Source of the DNA: a virus
Taxonomy: Duplodnaviria > Heunggongvirae > Uroviricota > Caudoviricetes
Reading direction: 5' to 3' (one strand)
IMG/VR virus record: IMGVR_UViG_3300031760_000013
Location: 66,458 to 112,934 of that record
Length of the DNA: 46,477 bases
The notes below the pieces were generated by a model. It was not told the origin of the DNA. It ran no database searches and worked only from the letters and a program-made list of their open reading frames with translations. The first letter of the stretch is position 1; every line of letters begins with the position of its first letter. This document shows positions 30,199 through 39,580 of this stretch, piece by piece. The position numbers were made by a program, and so were the translations under genes.

Positions 30199-31794
30199 GT
30201 GGCAACATATACGGGAGTAAGAGATATAACTGTAAGTAATGCTACCTTAAGATTTAATTATCGTGAAGTTGTAAATGAATCAGCTGGTACATCTACTGTT
30301 ACTATAACCTCTGTGCAGGCGAAAGTACCAGTATCCGGTACGTTGACTCCGTGGGGATATGTATCATTCAATGACGATGTATACGTCGAGTTTGGTGAGA
30401 ACGCAAGGACTTCTTGTACTGCTGGTACATACACGACATTGTACTATTCTGGGACTATGTCCGGCACATTCACAAATAATGGAGTTAATTCAACAGCTGG
30501 CATACAGCTAATAGCCGGTCCGACAATTTCTGCATTTAGGTTCTTACTTGAGACTAGTACATCACAGCAGGTGTATGATTTTAGCCCTGGTGTTTATTAT
30601 ATTTCTCTTACGAATTACACGACTGATAGTTATTCTACTCTGTCAGCACCTACTGGCGTAGTACTTGGTGAAGACATCACAGCAACGATTACAGTAAAGA
30701 ATACGTCGTATACGCATACACTGCAATATAGTTGGGACAATGCGTCGTGGACTAATATTGTAACTGGGCTAAAAACAAGTGGTAGCAGCACACAGATCGT
30801 ATATGCGTGGGATACAGACAACGTAGCTTCTTATTTTGAGCGAACAACCGGCGCGACCTGTTATATTAGATGTCTATCATATAACGGTAGTTCTTATATT
30901 GGTTCTGCCCAGGTATCTGTGGTGATCTCGTCTTCGGGCAATCCAGTAATATCAGATATTGTCATAACACCTGTTAATGACGACCCGACTGTCAACAGCT
31001 GGAATAACGGGGATATATTTGTTCAGGGTTATACCAGAGTGCAGATCCAACCGCAATTTACTTTGGCGGCTGGTGCAACATTGGCTGCTTGTAAGATATA
31101 CATCAGTGGCATGCAGGTCGCCGAATACGGTTCTGAAGCTTCAAGCTTTGTGTACACGTCTTCGTCACCAATGACCGATTACGGCACAGTTGAAATCAGC
31201 GCACTCATTCTTGACTCAAGAAATAACTCGACAACTGCCAGAAAGTCTATCTCGATATACGCATATTCTAGACCGTATGTTACAGATCAAGAGGTGTTCA
31301 GAAGCGGCAATGACGCAAGCACAAAAGATGATGAAGGCTTGTATATAAGTGCAAAAGGCTCTGTAAAATATAGCTACGTTGGCGGTTATAACACGCCGGG
31401 GTTAAAAGTGAGATATAAAGAGCCTGGTGGAACGTGGTCTACTGCCGTAGACTTCGGGTCTGGCACATCAACTTATACACATATTAATTCCAGTCTGTGT
31501 AGCGTCGATAAGACATACATCGTACAGTTCCTTGCTTACGATAGCCTCCACACACTGGAGAACGACCCGTCGACCTATGAAGTAACCCTTGCTACTAACG
31601 CCGTTCTTATACATGCTGCAGATGGTGGTAAGGGGATCGCATTCGGTGGATATAATAATATTGAGGCGATTCAGAATTGGTTAGATACGTATCTATACGG
31701 GAAGCTTATACTCCCATCTGGCATGTACAACACGACTGAGCCGTCTACGACTGGTGCTGTCGTTGGGCAGATTTACTTCCAGCTTATCGACTAG
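30199..31794 (+). CDS. Minor tail/baseplate structural protein (DUF859-like, tentative)
   Basis: 531 aa, Thr/Ser/Tyr-rich beta sequence, position after Tal. Confidence 0.55.
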   Translation: MATYTGVRDITVSNATLRFNYREVVNESAGTSTVTITSVQAKVPVSGTLTPWGYVSFNDDVYVEFGENARTSCTAGTYTTLYYSGTMSGTFTNNGVNSTAGIQLIAGPTISAFRFLLETSTSQQVYDFSPGVYYISLTNYTTDSYSTLSAPTGVVLGEDITATITVKNTSYTHTLQYSWDNASWTNIVTGLKTSGSSTQIVYAWDTDNVASYFERTTGATCYIRCLSYNGSSYIGSAQVSVVISSSGNPVISDIVITPVNDDPTVNSWNNGDIFVQGYTRVQIQPQFTLAAGATLAACKIYISGMQVAEYGSEASSFVYTSSSPMTDYGTVEISALILDSRNNSTTARKSISIYAYSRPYVTDQEVFRSGNDASTKDDEGLYISAKGSVKYSYVGGYNTPGLKVRYKEPGGTWSTAVDFGSGTSTYTHINSSLCSVDKTYIVQFLAYDSLHTLENDPSTYEVTLATNAVLIHAADGGKGIAFGGYNNIEAIQNWLDTYLYGKLILPSGMYNTTEPSTTGAVVGQIYFQLID

Positions 31795-31805
31795 GCGGTG
31801 GTGTT

Positions 31806-33095
31806 GTGGCAGAAACTAGATCTTTTTCATTTGCGGGGTTCAACGCTGGAGCATACGCTGGGCTGCAGACCGTATATTGGACTGTCTCGTGGAATCTTGG
31901 ATCTACAGAGTTCACGGTTACTGGGCATGATTCTGGGTCACCGGCTGATCTAAGTGTCGGTAAGTGGCAAGTGTATATCTTCTGGGATAACTTCAACACC
32001 GCAGTCACGTCTGGCAGGCAGGGTAGAGATTACGATTATTATGAGTTCGGCCCCGGTGAAGGACAAACGTCATATGGGCATATGTTCTATTTGTCACGAG
32101 TGCCGACAGACACAACGACGATTGGCGTTCGAATTTACCCGACTGCCTCATATATAGCTACTGGGTATACACATACTCAGGATGGTACGGCGCTCGTTAG
32201 CGAAAGCACATTAAGTGGTTCATGGAACCCAGCTTTCACAGTGACAGTGTATGATGCAAAGAAGGTTCAGACGAATCTATTCCGCGATGAAACTGGAGCG
32301 ATCCAAACAAATTCGTGGAGTCAACACGTTGTTGAGATGCACACCAGCTGGCGGTCTGACCAGTTGCGATACCCAAGCCAATATCCACATAATGGATACA
32401 CATATAATTCGTCGACTGGCTATACAAGTGTAAGCAATATTACGAAGAATACTATTCTTTATAATATCTACTTCCCTAACACTTACACAGCAACCTACGT
32501 AGCGAATTCTGATGTGGATACAGTTTATAATATCCCTTCGAGTGGCACGGTTGAATACGAGAGTATTATCCCACCGGACGATGATGATGTTAAACCGACG
32601 AAGGTATATGTTGTTACTCTTGACCCGAAAGGTGGCTATGTAACTGACACATTTCTCCGATCGGAAGTGCCTTTCAATTATTGGCAGGCAACTATAAACG
32701 GAGTGATAACGCAGGTGCAAGGCGGCTCGTCATATGTGTGGACGCAGAACGTAACATTCACAGCGCAATGGGGATCAGTTCCGGCGGTCAACTTGCCGGT
32801 GCCAAAACGCGCCGGTTATAAGTTTGCTGGATGGGGCTGGGAAGATGGCCTATCGCCAGATACATCATACAAGTATCCGGCTGGCGATCTTGTGCCACAA
32901 GGCAATATAACCCTTTATGCGCTATGGGAAGAAAGTGGAATTGTCCACATCTATAGCGATGGTCAATTCAAGACGTATGCTGTCTGGATATACCTTGGTG
33001 ATGGCGGTGGCCCGAATCAGGATGGCTGGCATCACGCTACGCCAATGATCTATTGCACAGTAAACGGAACGACAGGATTTCATATGTGTGGATAG
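31806..33095 (+). CDS. Tail-associated protein with InlB B-repeat (Listeria-Bacteroides repeat)-like domain
   Basis: VTLDPKGG...PKRAGYKFAGW...NITLYALWE motif. Confidence 0.6.
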   Translation: MAETRSFSFAGFNAGAYAGLQTVYWTVSWNLGSTEFTVTGHDSGSPADLSVGKWQVYIFWDNFNTAVTSGRQGRDYDYYEFGPGEGQTSYGHMFYLSRVPTDTTTIGVRIYPTASYIATGYTHTQDGTALVSESTLSGSWNPAFTVTVYDAKKVQTNLFRDETGAIQTNSWSQHVVEMHTSWRSDQLRYPSQYPHNGYTYNSSTGYTSVSNITKNTILYNIYFPNTYTATYVANSDVDTVYNIPSSGTVEYESIIPPDDDDVKPTKVYVVTLDPKGGYVTDTFLRSEVPFNYWQATINGVITQVQGGSSYVWTQNVTFTAQWGSVPAVNLPVPKRAGYKFAGWGWEDGLSPDTSYKYPAGDLVPQGNITLYALWEESGIVHIYSDGQFKTYAVWIYLGDGGGPNQDGWHHATPMIYCTVNGTTGFHMCG

Positions 33096-33200
33096 CGATA
33101 TGTCTCTTAAGAAACTGAGGCAGCTCAGTTGTTCGAGACGCTGGGTAACTCCTGCGACTCGTCGTTTATAACTGCCAGCATAATTATATATTAGTGAAAC

Positions 33201-33227
33201 AACCCGCTCTGTAATAGGGCGGGTTTT
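33201..33227 (+). terminator. Intrinsic terminator
   Basis: Stem AACCCGCTCT/AGGGCGGGTT then TT. Confidence 0.6.
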
Positions 33228-33252
33228 ACTATATCGAAAATGGGGTGAGAAA

Positions 33253-33966
33253 TTGAATTATACACGCCAAATTTATCTTGATGTAAATGCAACGTCTGCC
33301 GTGACTGTTGTGAAAGCGAAAGAGGGCGATGACTCTCTGCGGTATGTCAACGTGATTTTGCTGCGCGATGGTACGCAAATTGTACCTGACAACGGGATGT
33401 CTGCTGTCTTTCGTCTTGAGAAGCCGGATGGCAAAGCTGTTGTAAACAACGCAGCGATTGAATCTGACGGGTCAATTACTGTGCAGCTCACATCACAGTG
33501 CACTGCCGTTGCCGGACGATGCAAAGCAGATGTCCTGCTTATGGCAAATGGGGAAACAATTAGTACTGCTCTATTTATTCTCGAAGTGGTCAAGTCCCCT
33601 GATGTTGCAAACCAGCTGAACTCCAGCGATGAGTTCGGAGTCCTTGCCGACATGATGGATCGTGCAACAGCAGTTGTAACCGAAGGTGAAATCAAGTTGT
33701 TTAACATGACGCTCCGTGCCAACTGGTCTGGGAATGCAAGCCCGTATACACAAGCAGTTACGCTTACTGGTTTTGCTCCAACAGCAAACACAAGGGTCGA
33801 CCTTTACTGTGATGCCGCGAATGTTGAGAAGCTCATAGCTGATGGTGTTGGCAGAATCTATATCTCAAATGATAACGGTACACTTACCGCATATGCAACG
33901 AACAACAAGCCTACTTCTAATATTGTTGTCCAAGCTGTTGCCGTTGAGGAACATCTGAATTCATAA
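33253..33966 (+). CDS. BppU-like baseplate upper protein
   Basis: N-terminal VKAKEGDDSLRYVNVILLRDG...FRLEKPDGK pattern typical of the BppU N-terminal domain. Confidence 0.7.
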   Translation: MNYTRQIYLDVNATSAVTVVKAKEGDDSLRYVNVILLRDGTQIVPDNGMSAVFRLEKPDGKAVVNNAAIESDGSITVQLTSQCTAVAGRCKADVLLMANGETISTALFILEVVKSPDVANQLNSSDEFGVLADMMDRATAVVTEGEIKLFNMTLRANWSGNASPYTQAVTLTGFAPTANTRVDLYCDAANVEKLIADGVGRIYISNDNGTLTAYATNNKPTSNIVVQAVAVEEHLNS

Positions 33967-33978
33967 AGGAGGAGAACT

Positions 33979-34143
33979 ATGGTTACTCACAAAACAAGTG
34001 GCGGTCAGACTAACGCCTACTACGGCAAGTCCTCTGACACCAAACCGACAGCTGATGTGCCGAATGCAAGCTTTTTCTATGAAATGGATACCGGCGACAT
34101 CTATATGTTTGACGAAGATTCACATCTTTGGATTAAACAATAG
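33979..34143 (+). CDS. Small hypothetical protein (54 aa)
   Basis: MVTHKTSGGQTNAYYGKSSDTKPT...FYEMDTGDIYMFDEDSHLWIKQ*; AGGAGG RBS; not in ORF track. Confidence 0.75.
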   Translation: MVTHKTSGGQTNAYYGKSSDTKPTADVPNASFFYEMDTGDIYMFDEDSHLWIKQ

Positions 34144-34227
34144 TTTTATAATCAAAATCATACATCATATTGTATGCAAAAAAATTAATGCATACAACAT
34201 ATTGACATCAAAAGGAGGGATTAGTCT

Positions 34228-34587
34228 ATGTTTGTAATGGATGACATCTCTATGCCGACATATGCTTTGTGTAAGAGGCTTATTGACAAACAGGGAGGTG
34301 GCTCTGCGGCAACAGCCGGAACATCTGGAACGATTACCTTCGGTACAGACTGGAATGGTTCTGGCGATGGCCCGTTTACTCAGGTTGTTACTGCAAGCGG
34401 GTACACCGTTACAGCACATACTGTTGTTGACCTTGTCGCTAATTCTGCTGTAATCGCGAGCATGACTTCCGATGGAGTCACACAGATCTATGTCAGTAAT
34501 GATAACGCCACACTGACAGCTGTTGCAATTGGCGCGAAACCTACGCAGCAGATGACGGTACAGGCAATTTTTTCGGAGGTGAATTAA
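34228..34587 (+). CDS. Hypothetical tail protein, paralogous to the C-terminal domain of 33253-33966
   Basis: DW.G...PFTQ.VT..G..VDL....DGV.QIY.SNDN.TLTA.A...KPT shared with the BppU-like gene. Confidence 0.65.
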   Translation: MFVMDDISMPTYALCKRLIDKQGGGSAATAGTSGTITFGTDWNGSGDGPFTQVVTASGYTVTAHTVVDLVANSAVIASMTSDGVTQIYVSNDNATLTAVAIGAKPTQQMTVQAIFSEVN

Positions 34588-36021
34588 ATGGCATTAATTG
34601 GTAATCCTATTGTAGCGTCACAGCCTGTTGATGATGCTATATCTTCTACTAGCAAAAATCCAGTCCAGAATAAGACCGTCAAATCGGAACTGGACAAAAA
34701 GGTAAATAAGTCAGATATCGATACCACTCTATCTACTACTAGTACCAACACTGTTCAGAACAAAGTTGTTAAAGCTGGTATTGATAAAGTACAGGAGAAT
34801 CTTGATGACCTCGGCTTGTCCCCTGTTGAAGGTGCTCTAAATACAACATACGGTGATACAACAGCTGAAATTATTAAGGATTCTACTGGAAAGAAAATTG
34901 TAAGCGCACTCTATAAGATTGCTGGAGTTTATGATCTGAATGACTATCGCAGCATTACTCAGGCAGTTAGAAAGGGAGACGAAGCGAAGATCCCGTACGG
35001 TACTGTATTTACTGTGCCGCATAGCACTTATGGAAATATCGATTTTGTTGTACGCAGACGCGATGTTGATAAAGTTTATAACGACGCTGATCGCCCGACT
35101 CTTACTATCCAGACGAAGCATCTTCTTTCAAACAATGGCGGTTCTTCTGTAGCAACGTTCCAGTATGATCGCCCTGAAGCATTCGCAAGCGTTGAAACTG
35201 AAATCTCCGCTGGCACTGTAGTTCAGTTTACTACAATCGCATATGGTGGCTGGGTAGCTGGTACATTCCACTTCACTGCGACTGACGCAATCCCTGTTGG
35301 CGCGAAGCTTTGTATCAGCGGTGTTCAGAGCACAGCACTCGACCAGTTGAATGTACAGGTATTTACCGATGCTAAGCAGACAACCGCATCTGCTGCTTAC
35401 GCTATCGCATCTGGGGTTGGAGACGCTACTGTTGATCTCGGCACATGGGGCACCGACCTCAATCATCCGCAGCGCGTTTCTTATGGCTCTAACAATGAAG
35501 CAGAGTCTAATGTGTTCCAGTTCCTGAATGGTATTGGGCTCATGTCCGATATTTGGACACCGATGACAAAATACGACATGATGAGCACAACTTATACTAC
35601 GCTGAATGGATTCCTTGGTGGGTTTGACGAAGAGTTTAGGCAGTGCCTTGGCCTCGCAACGATTAACAATATCAGTAACAACGTGTTTGAGTCTCAGGAT
35701 TCTCCTTACGAGAAGAATGCGGCATATACACACCGTGGCTATTTCTGGCTGCCTTCTCGTATGGAGATCTACGGCACTCTGGAGAATAATAACGAGAATG
35801 CAGAGACGCAGTTCCCGTATTTCGAGGAAATCGGTATTACAGACTCGGACAAGCTTATGTATGCAAAAGGCGCAACATCCCCGACATCGTACTGGCTCCG
35901 GACCCCGACCGCGGGTAGCAGTGGCTATGTGCGTCTTTGCCTCACGGGGTACGGCGGCGGCCTGTACAGCAACTATGCCAGCTATAGCTACGGCCTCTCG
36001 CCGCTTGCGATTTTGGCGTAA
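34588..36021 (+). CDS. DGR target protein 1 (putative receptor-binding/tail fibre; C-terminal CLec/DUF6273-like domain)
   Basis: N-terminal D..S.TS.N.VQNK repeats; C-terminal YWLRTP...GLSPLAILA carrying VR1. Confidence 0.85.
   Translation: MALIGNPIVASQPVDDAISSTSKNPVQNKTVKSELDKKVNKSDIDTTLSTTSTNTVQNKVVKAGIDKVQENLDDLGLSPVEGALNTTYGDTTAEIIKDSTGKKIVSALYKIAGVYDLNDYRSITQAVRKGDEAKIPYGTVFTVPHSTYGNIDFVVRRRDVDKVYNDADRPTLTIQTKHLLSNNGGSSVATFQYDRPEAFASVETEISAGTVVQFTTIAYGGWVAGTFHFTATDAIPVGAKLCISGVQSTALDQLNVQVFTDAKQTTASAAYAIASGVGDATVDLGTWGTDLNHPQRVSYGSNNEAESNVFQFLNGIGLMSDIWTPMTKYDMMSTTYTTLNGFLGGFDEEFRQCLGLATINNISNNVFESQDSPYEKNAAYTHRGYFWLPSRMEIYGTLENNNENAETQFPYFEEIGITDSDKLMYAKGATSPTSYWLRTPTAGSSGYVRLCLTGYGGGLYSNYASYSYGLSPLAILA
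35896..36003 (+). repeat. DGR variable repeat VR1
   Basis: 108 nt colinear with TR; 16 mismatches, all at TR adenines. Confidence 0.97.
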
Positions 36022-36078
36022 GCCAAAAGCGAAATAAGCAAATCTTAAATCTTTCAATCTCCCCCGCTAGGGGGAGAT
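36011..36078 (+). promoter_or_regulatory. DGR homing hairpins downstream of VR1
   Basis: TTTTGGC-GTAA-GCCAAAA (36011-36028) and ATCTCCCCC-GCTA-GGGGGAGAT (36057-36078). Confidence 0.75.
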
Positions 36079-36166
36079 ATTCATGTAGTTTGTTAGGCAA
36101 CATGTTGGTCGCCCGTTAGGGCGACGGTGGTTGTCAACTTTTTTTTGTAGATAAAGGAGGGCTCAT

Positions 36167-37348
36167 ATGAGCAAAATTACTGATCCTGTACTGCTCGACT
36201 CTACCGGGCAGGAAATAGAATTTGCGCTTAGACAGATCGCTGGTCAGTACGATACAACTGATTATAGAAGTATTGTTTCAGCGGTGCGTCGTGGCGATGC
36301 AAACAAGATCCCAAATGGTGTGACATTCACTGTCCCGCATAACTATTATGGAGATATCGACTTCGTTGTACGTAGGAAGGGCGTGGATAAGGTGGCAAGC
36401 GAGCCTGATCGTCCTACAATCACCATCCAGACTAAGTATCTTCTTTCTAGAAACGCCGGGTCTTCCGCCGCCACATTCCAGTATGACAGAGGTGAAGCAC
36501 TGGCATATGTAGATACAGCCATTCCAGCCGGAACAGTTGTTAAATTCTCTATTGGAGCTAAATCTGGTAACTGGCTTGCTGGCGATTACCACTTTACAGC
36601 AACCAACGCTATTGCTGCCGGAAAGAAGCTCAGTATTTCTAGCACAAACTACGATAATACTAATTTGGAAGACCTTGATATCATTGTTTACACTGATAGC
36701 AAAGGTACGGCAACGGAGGCCACTTACGCAATTGAAGCCGGTGACGGCGATGCAACAGTTAATCTTGGTACTACTGGTACAGAATTGAATCTGCCCGGAA
36801 GAATGCGCTATGGATCTAATAACGCTGGCGAAGCGAATGTCCATCAGTTCCTTAATGCTATTGGGACCGTTTCCGATTCTTGGGAGCCACTCTCCAAGTT
36901 TGACCTCATGCCTTCTGGGTATACTTCTCTTGCTGGATTCCTTGGTGGGTTTGATGAGGAATTCAGGTCTTGCCTTGGCTTGGCACGTGTCCACGATATT
37001 GCAAATGATATATTTGAGGCACCAGGTTCTACGGCAACAATTAGTACTGAGTACTACCACAACGCATATTTCTGGCTCCCGTCTCGTAAGGAGATTTATG
37101 GCTCGAATGAGAATGCCCGCGAAGCATCCGAAACACAGTTTGAATATTTTGCCGAGCTTGGGACGACCAACTCGGATAAGCTTATGTATGCGAAAGGCGC
37201 AACATCCCCGACCTCGTACTGGCTCCGGACCCCGAACGCGGGTAGCAGTTCCACTGTGCGTAATTGCTACACGGGGGTCGGCGGCGGCCTGCACGACGTC
37301 ACTGCCTCCAATAGCTCCGGCCTCTCGCCGCTTGCGATTTTGGCGTAA
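36167..37348 (+). CDS. DGR target protein 2 (paralog of target 1)
   Basis: Shares DYRSI..AVR.GD..KIP.G..FTVPH..YG.IDFVVRR through YWLRTP...GLSPLAILA with target 1; carries VR2. Confidence 0.85.
   Translation: MSKITDPVLLDSTGQEIEFALRQIAGQYDTTDYRSIVSAVRRGDANKIPNGVTFTVPHNYYGDIDFVVRRKGVDKVASEPDRPTITIQTKYLLSRNAGSSAATFQYDRGEALAYVDTAIPAGTVVKFSIGAKSGNWLAGDYHFTATNAIAAGKKLSISSTNYDNTNLEDLDIIVYTDSKGTATEATYAIEAGDGDATVNLGTTGTELNLPGRMRYGSNNAGEANVHQFLNAIGTVSDSWEPLSKFDLMPSGYTSLAGFLGGFDEEFRSCLGLARVHDIANDIFEAPGSTATISTEYYHNAYFWLPSRKEIYGSNENAREASETQFEYFAELGTTNSDKLMYAKGATSPTSYWLRTPNAGSSSTVRNCYTGVGGGLHDVTASNSSGLSPLAILA
37223..37330 (+). repeat. DGR variable repeat VR2
   Basis: 108 nt colinear with TR; 16 mismatches, all at TR adenines, a different set from VR1. 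Confidence 0.97.
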
Positions 37349-37405
37349 GCCAAAAGCGAAATAAGTCAATCTTAAATCTTTCAATCTCCCCCGCTAGGGG
37401 GAGAT
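37338..37405 (+). promoter_or_regulatory. DGR homing hairpins downstream of VR2
   Basis: Same two hairpins as after VR1 (37338-37355; 37384-37405). Confidence 0.75.
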
Positions 37406-37454
37406 AATTATGTAGCTTGGACAACAACAAAAAAATAAGAGATGAGAGAAAGGG

Positions 37455-37895
37455 GTGATAGAAATAGTTCGCAAGGGAGATCAAGACCAAGGTAGGCTTG
37501 GTGTGATTGAAGCTAGCAAGAATATGTTTAAATATACTTATGATCGCGTAAAAGACAATAAGACTTTTGCGAAATCTGATAGGTGGATTATGGCCAAAGC
37601 AGTGTGGGATGCTGCAGCGAAAGCGAATGCAAATATTATCGCCGCAAATGGTATTCGTGTAGAAACATCATCTGATGCAGAGGCAAGATTACTCTATGAA
37701 AAGGACGCTGTAGCGCAATTAGATGTATTGCTTGCTTTGATAGACACGTGCTACACAGTAGGAATTATTTCTGACCGTCGTGCTGAATACTGGCTCGGTT
37801 TAATTAATGATACGCAAATTCTTGCAAAAGCTTGGCTTAAAGGCGATCACAGAAGATATTTAGGTATGGTTGTAGGTAGTATCGAAACAGAATAA
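37455..37895 (+). CDS. avd: DGR accessory variability determinant (Avd, four-helix bundle)
   Basis: 146 aa helical, between targets and TR; L..LD.L..LID....II...AEYW..LI......KAW pattern. Confidence 0.85.
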   Translation: MIEIVRKGDQDQGRLGVIEASKNMFKYTYDRVKDNKTFAKSDRWIMAKAVWDAAAKANANIIAANGIRVETSSDAEARLLYEKDAVAQLDVLLALIDTCYTVGIISDRRAEYWLGLINDTQILAKAWLKGDHRRYLGMVVGSIETE

Positions 37896-37948
37896 TAATA
37901 TTTGGGAGGCGACTACATATGACGCCGTCTAGTGGTGTCGTTGTTGCG

Positions 37949-38056
37949 CTCCGGACCCCGAACGCGGGTAACAGTAACAATGTGCGTAATTGCAACACGG
38001 GGAACGGCGGCGGCCTGAACAACAACAATGCCAACAATAGCAACGGCCTCTCGCCG
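37949..38056 (+). ncRNA. DGR template repeat (TR), part of the DGR RNA
   Basis: CTCCGGACCCCGAACGCGGGTAACAGTAACAAT...AACGGCCTCTCGCCG; 14 AAY triplets; non-coding position between avd and RT. Confidence 0.95.
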
Positions 38057-38228
38057 ATTGGGGACTAGTGCGATTCTAGTACCGACTTTTTGTTGAGAAA
38101 GCAGTGCTACCTCCAAGGAGTTACCTTCCAGTCTCACATTACGATGTGAGCAAACAGGCTAAAGACGCGGATGTCTTACGAGATGCGCCGCTATCGGCTT
38201 TAGCGAATTCTTTAATTAAGGATAATTT

Positions 38229-39296
38229 ATGGATCACGATTACTTTGATGAGGCTTTTACATATGCAAATATGAGAAGCGCTTTAAATAAGTGTTGCCGC
38301 AATGTAAGGTGGAAAGATTCTGTTGTAGGTTATGAATTACATGCGGCACAGAATACTTTAAAGCTTATGAAACAAATTAAAAATGGTACGTACAAGATTA
38401 GTGAGTATCAAAGATTTATAATCAATGAACCAAAGCGGAGAGAAATCGTCGCAACACGTATTGCAGACCGACAAGTTCAAATGGCACTGTGCACTGCAGG
38501 GTTATATGAGGATTTTGTCGAGCATTTTATAGCTGATAATTGTGCTTGCCAGAAGGGTAAAGGCACAGACTATACGTTGCAGCGTATTAAGAAACATCTA
38601 TGCAGACATTATCATGATCATGGGAAAGATGGTTTGGTTCTTAAAATGGACGTACATCATTTCTTCCCATCAACAAGACATGATGTTGCAAAAGCTGCTG
38701 TAAGAAAACGCATCAGTGATGAGCGAGCGTGCCAGATGGTTTGTGATGTCATCGATAGTTTTGGCGGCGATGCTGGTATCGGTCTTGGTTCACAAATTTC
38801 GCAGTTAGTTGAGCTTTCCGTATTAGATGATCTTGACCATTTTATAAAAGAACGTCTCCGGATCAAACACTATGTGCGGTATATGGATGACCTTGTTTTA
38901 ATACACGAGGATAAAGAATATCTGAAATATTGTTGGGATGAGATAGGGAAACAGCTTAATGCAATTGGGCTTGAGCTAAATAAGAAAACATCTCTATACC
39001 CGTTAAAACAAGGTGTGAAGTTTCTGCAGTGGAGATTCGTTTTGACCAATTCAGGTAAAGTCATAATGAAGATGAGCAATAAAAAGATGGGCAGACAACG
39101 TAGAAAGATCAAGAAAATATTATTTAAAGAAGAGACTGGTGAATACGCTATCGGTACTGCGTTCACCAGCCTAACTGCGTGGTGCGCAAATGCTAAACGT
39201 GGAGACGCATATTTTCAGCAGAAGCGCATGAAACACTATTATTACACAGTAAAGGCAGGTATTGAAAATGGTAAACGAAAAAGAAAGACTGCTTAA
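38229..39296 (+). CDS. DGR reverse transcriptase
   Basis: LKMDVHHFFPS, GIGLGSQISQ (DGR-type SQ motif), YVRYMDD catalytic motif, FLQW. Confidence 0.96.
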   Translation: MDHDYFDEAFTYANMRSALNKCCRNVRWKDSVVGYELHAAQNTLKLMKQIKNGTYKISEYQRFIINEPKRREIVATRIADRQVQMALCTAGLYEDFVEHFIADNCACQKGKGTDYTLQRIKKHLCRHYHDHGKDGLVLKMDVHHFFPSTRHDVAKAAVRKRISDERACQMVCDVIDSFGGDAGIGLGSQISQLVELSVLDDLDHFIKERLRIKHYVRYMDDLVLIHEDKEYLKYCWDEIGKQLNAIGLELNKKTSLYPLKQGVKFLQWRFVLTNSGKVIMKMSNKKMGRQRRKIKKILFKEETGEYAIGTAFTSLTAWCANAKRGDAYFQQKRMKHYYYTVKAGIENGKRKRKTA

Positions 39297-39435
39297 GGCT
39301 GAGCACGATGCATGGCTCGCAAACGCCGAGGCTGCGAAGAACACAGCAAACATCGATTTCATCGCCATGATGACCGGCGTCGATATTGATGATGAAGAAA
39401 TCGTTGAGGAGGATTTTGAAGATGGAGCATTCTAA
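39268..39435 (+). CDS. Small acidic protein, XkdW-like position (55 aa)
   Basis: MVNEKERLLKAEHDAWLANAEAAKNTANIDFIAMMTGVDI...; overlaps RT 3' end; precedes the XkdX-like gene. Confidence 0.65.
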   Translation: MVNEKERLLKAEHDAWLANAEAAKNTANIDFIAMMTGVDIDDEEIVEEDFEDGAF

Positions 39436-39580
39436 GTATTTTGCAAAAGTGAAGAAGTACTACGATACTCACCGTTGGAGCAAAGAGCGCGTACGTCTCG
39501 CAGTGACTAATCCCGAGAGCAATCCGTGGATCACTGCTGAAGAGTACGAAGAGATCACCGGCGAGGTATATGAGGCGTGA
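39422..39580 (+). CDS. XkdX-family protein
   Basis: MEHSKYFAKVKKYYD...W...V..AV...WITAEEYEEITG pattern; GAGGAGG upstream. Confidence 0.8.
   Translation: MEHSKYFAKVKKYYDTHRWSKERVRLAVTNPESNPWITAEEYEEITGEVYEA

Larger units (their letters stand above)
34588..39296 (+). mobile_element. Diversity-generating retroelement: target1(VR1)-target2(VR2)-avd-TR-RT
   Basis: TR/VR alignments differ only at TR adenines; Avd and RT adjacent. Confidence 0.97.

Noticed and set aside
21582-33095. Additional DGR variable repeats in other tail genes
   Set aside because: No further TR-like sequence seen by eye at their 3' ends
33100-33185. Short stems (CTGAG/CTCAG, GCTGG/CCAGC) suggesting an HDV-like/theta ribozyme
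   Set aside because: Cannot build the nested double pseudoknot; no catalytic C in J4/2 and no adjacent tRNA
35128-37384. Long antisense ORFs (35128-36057, 36278-37384) over the DGR targets
   Set aside because: Shadow frames of biased-codon genes; no RBS or domain signal. Same for 6230-7039, 10703-11425 and 39756-40742
37837-38137. Minus-strand ORFs across TR
   Set aside because: Artefacts of the AAC-rich template repeat
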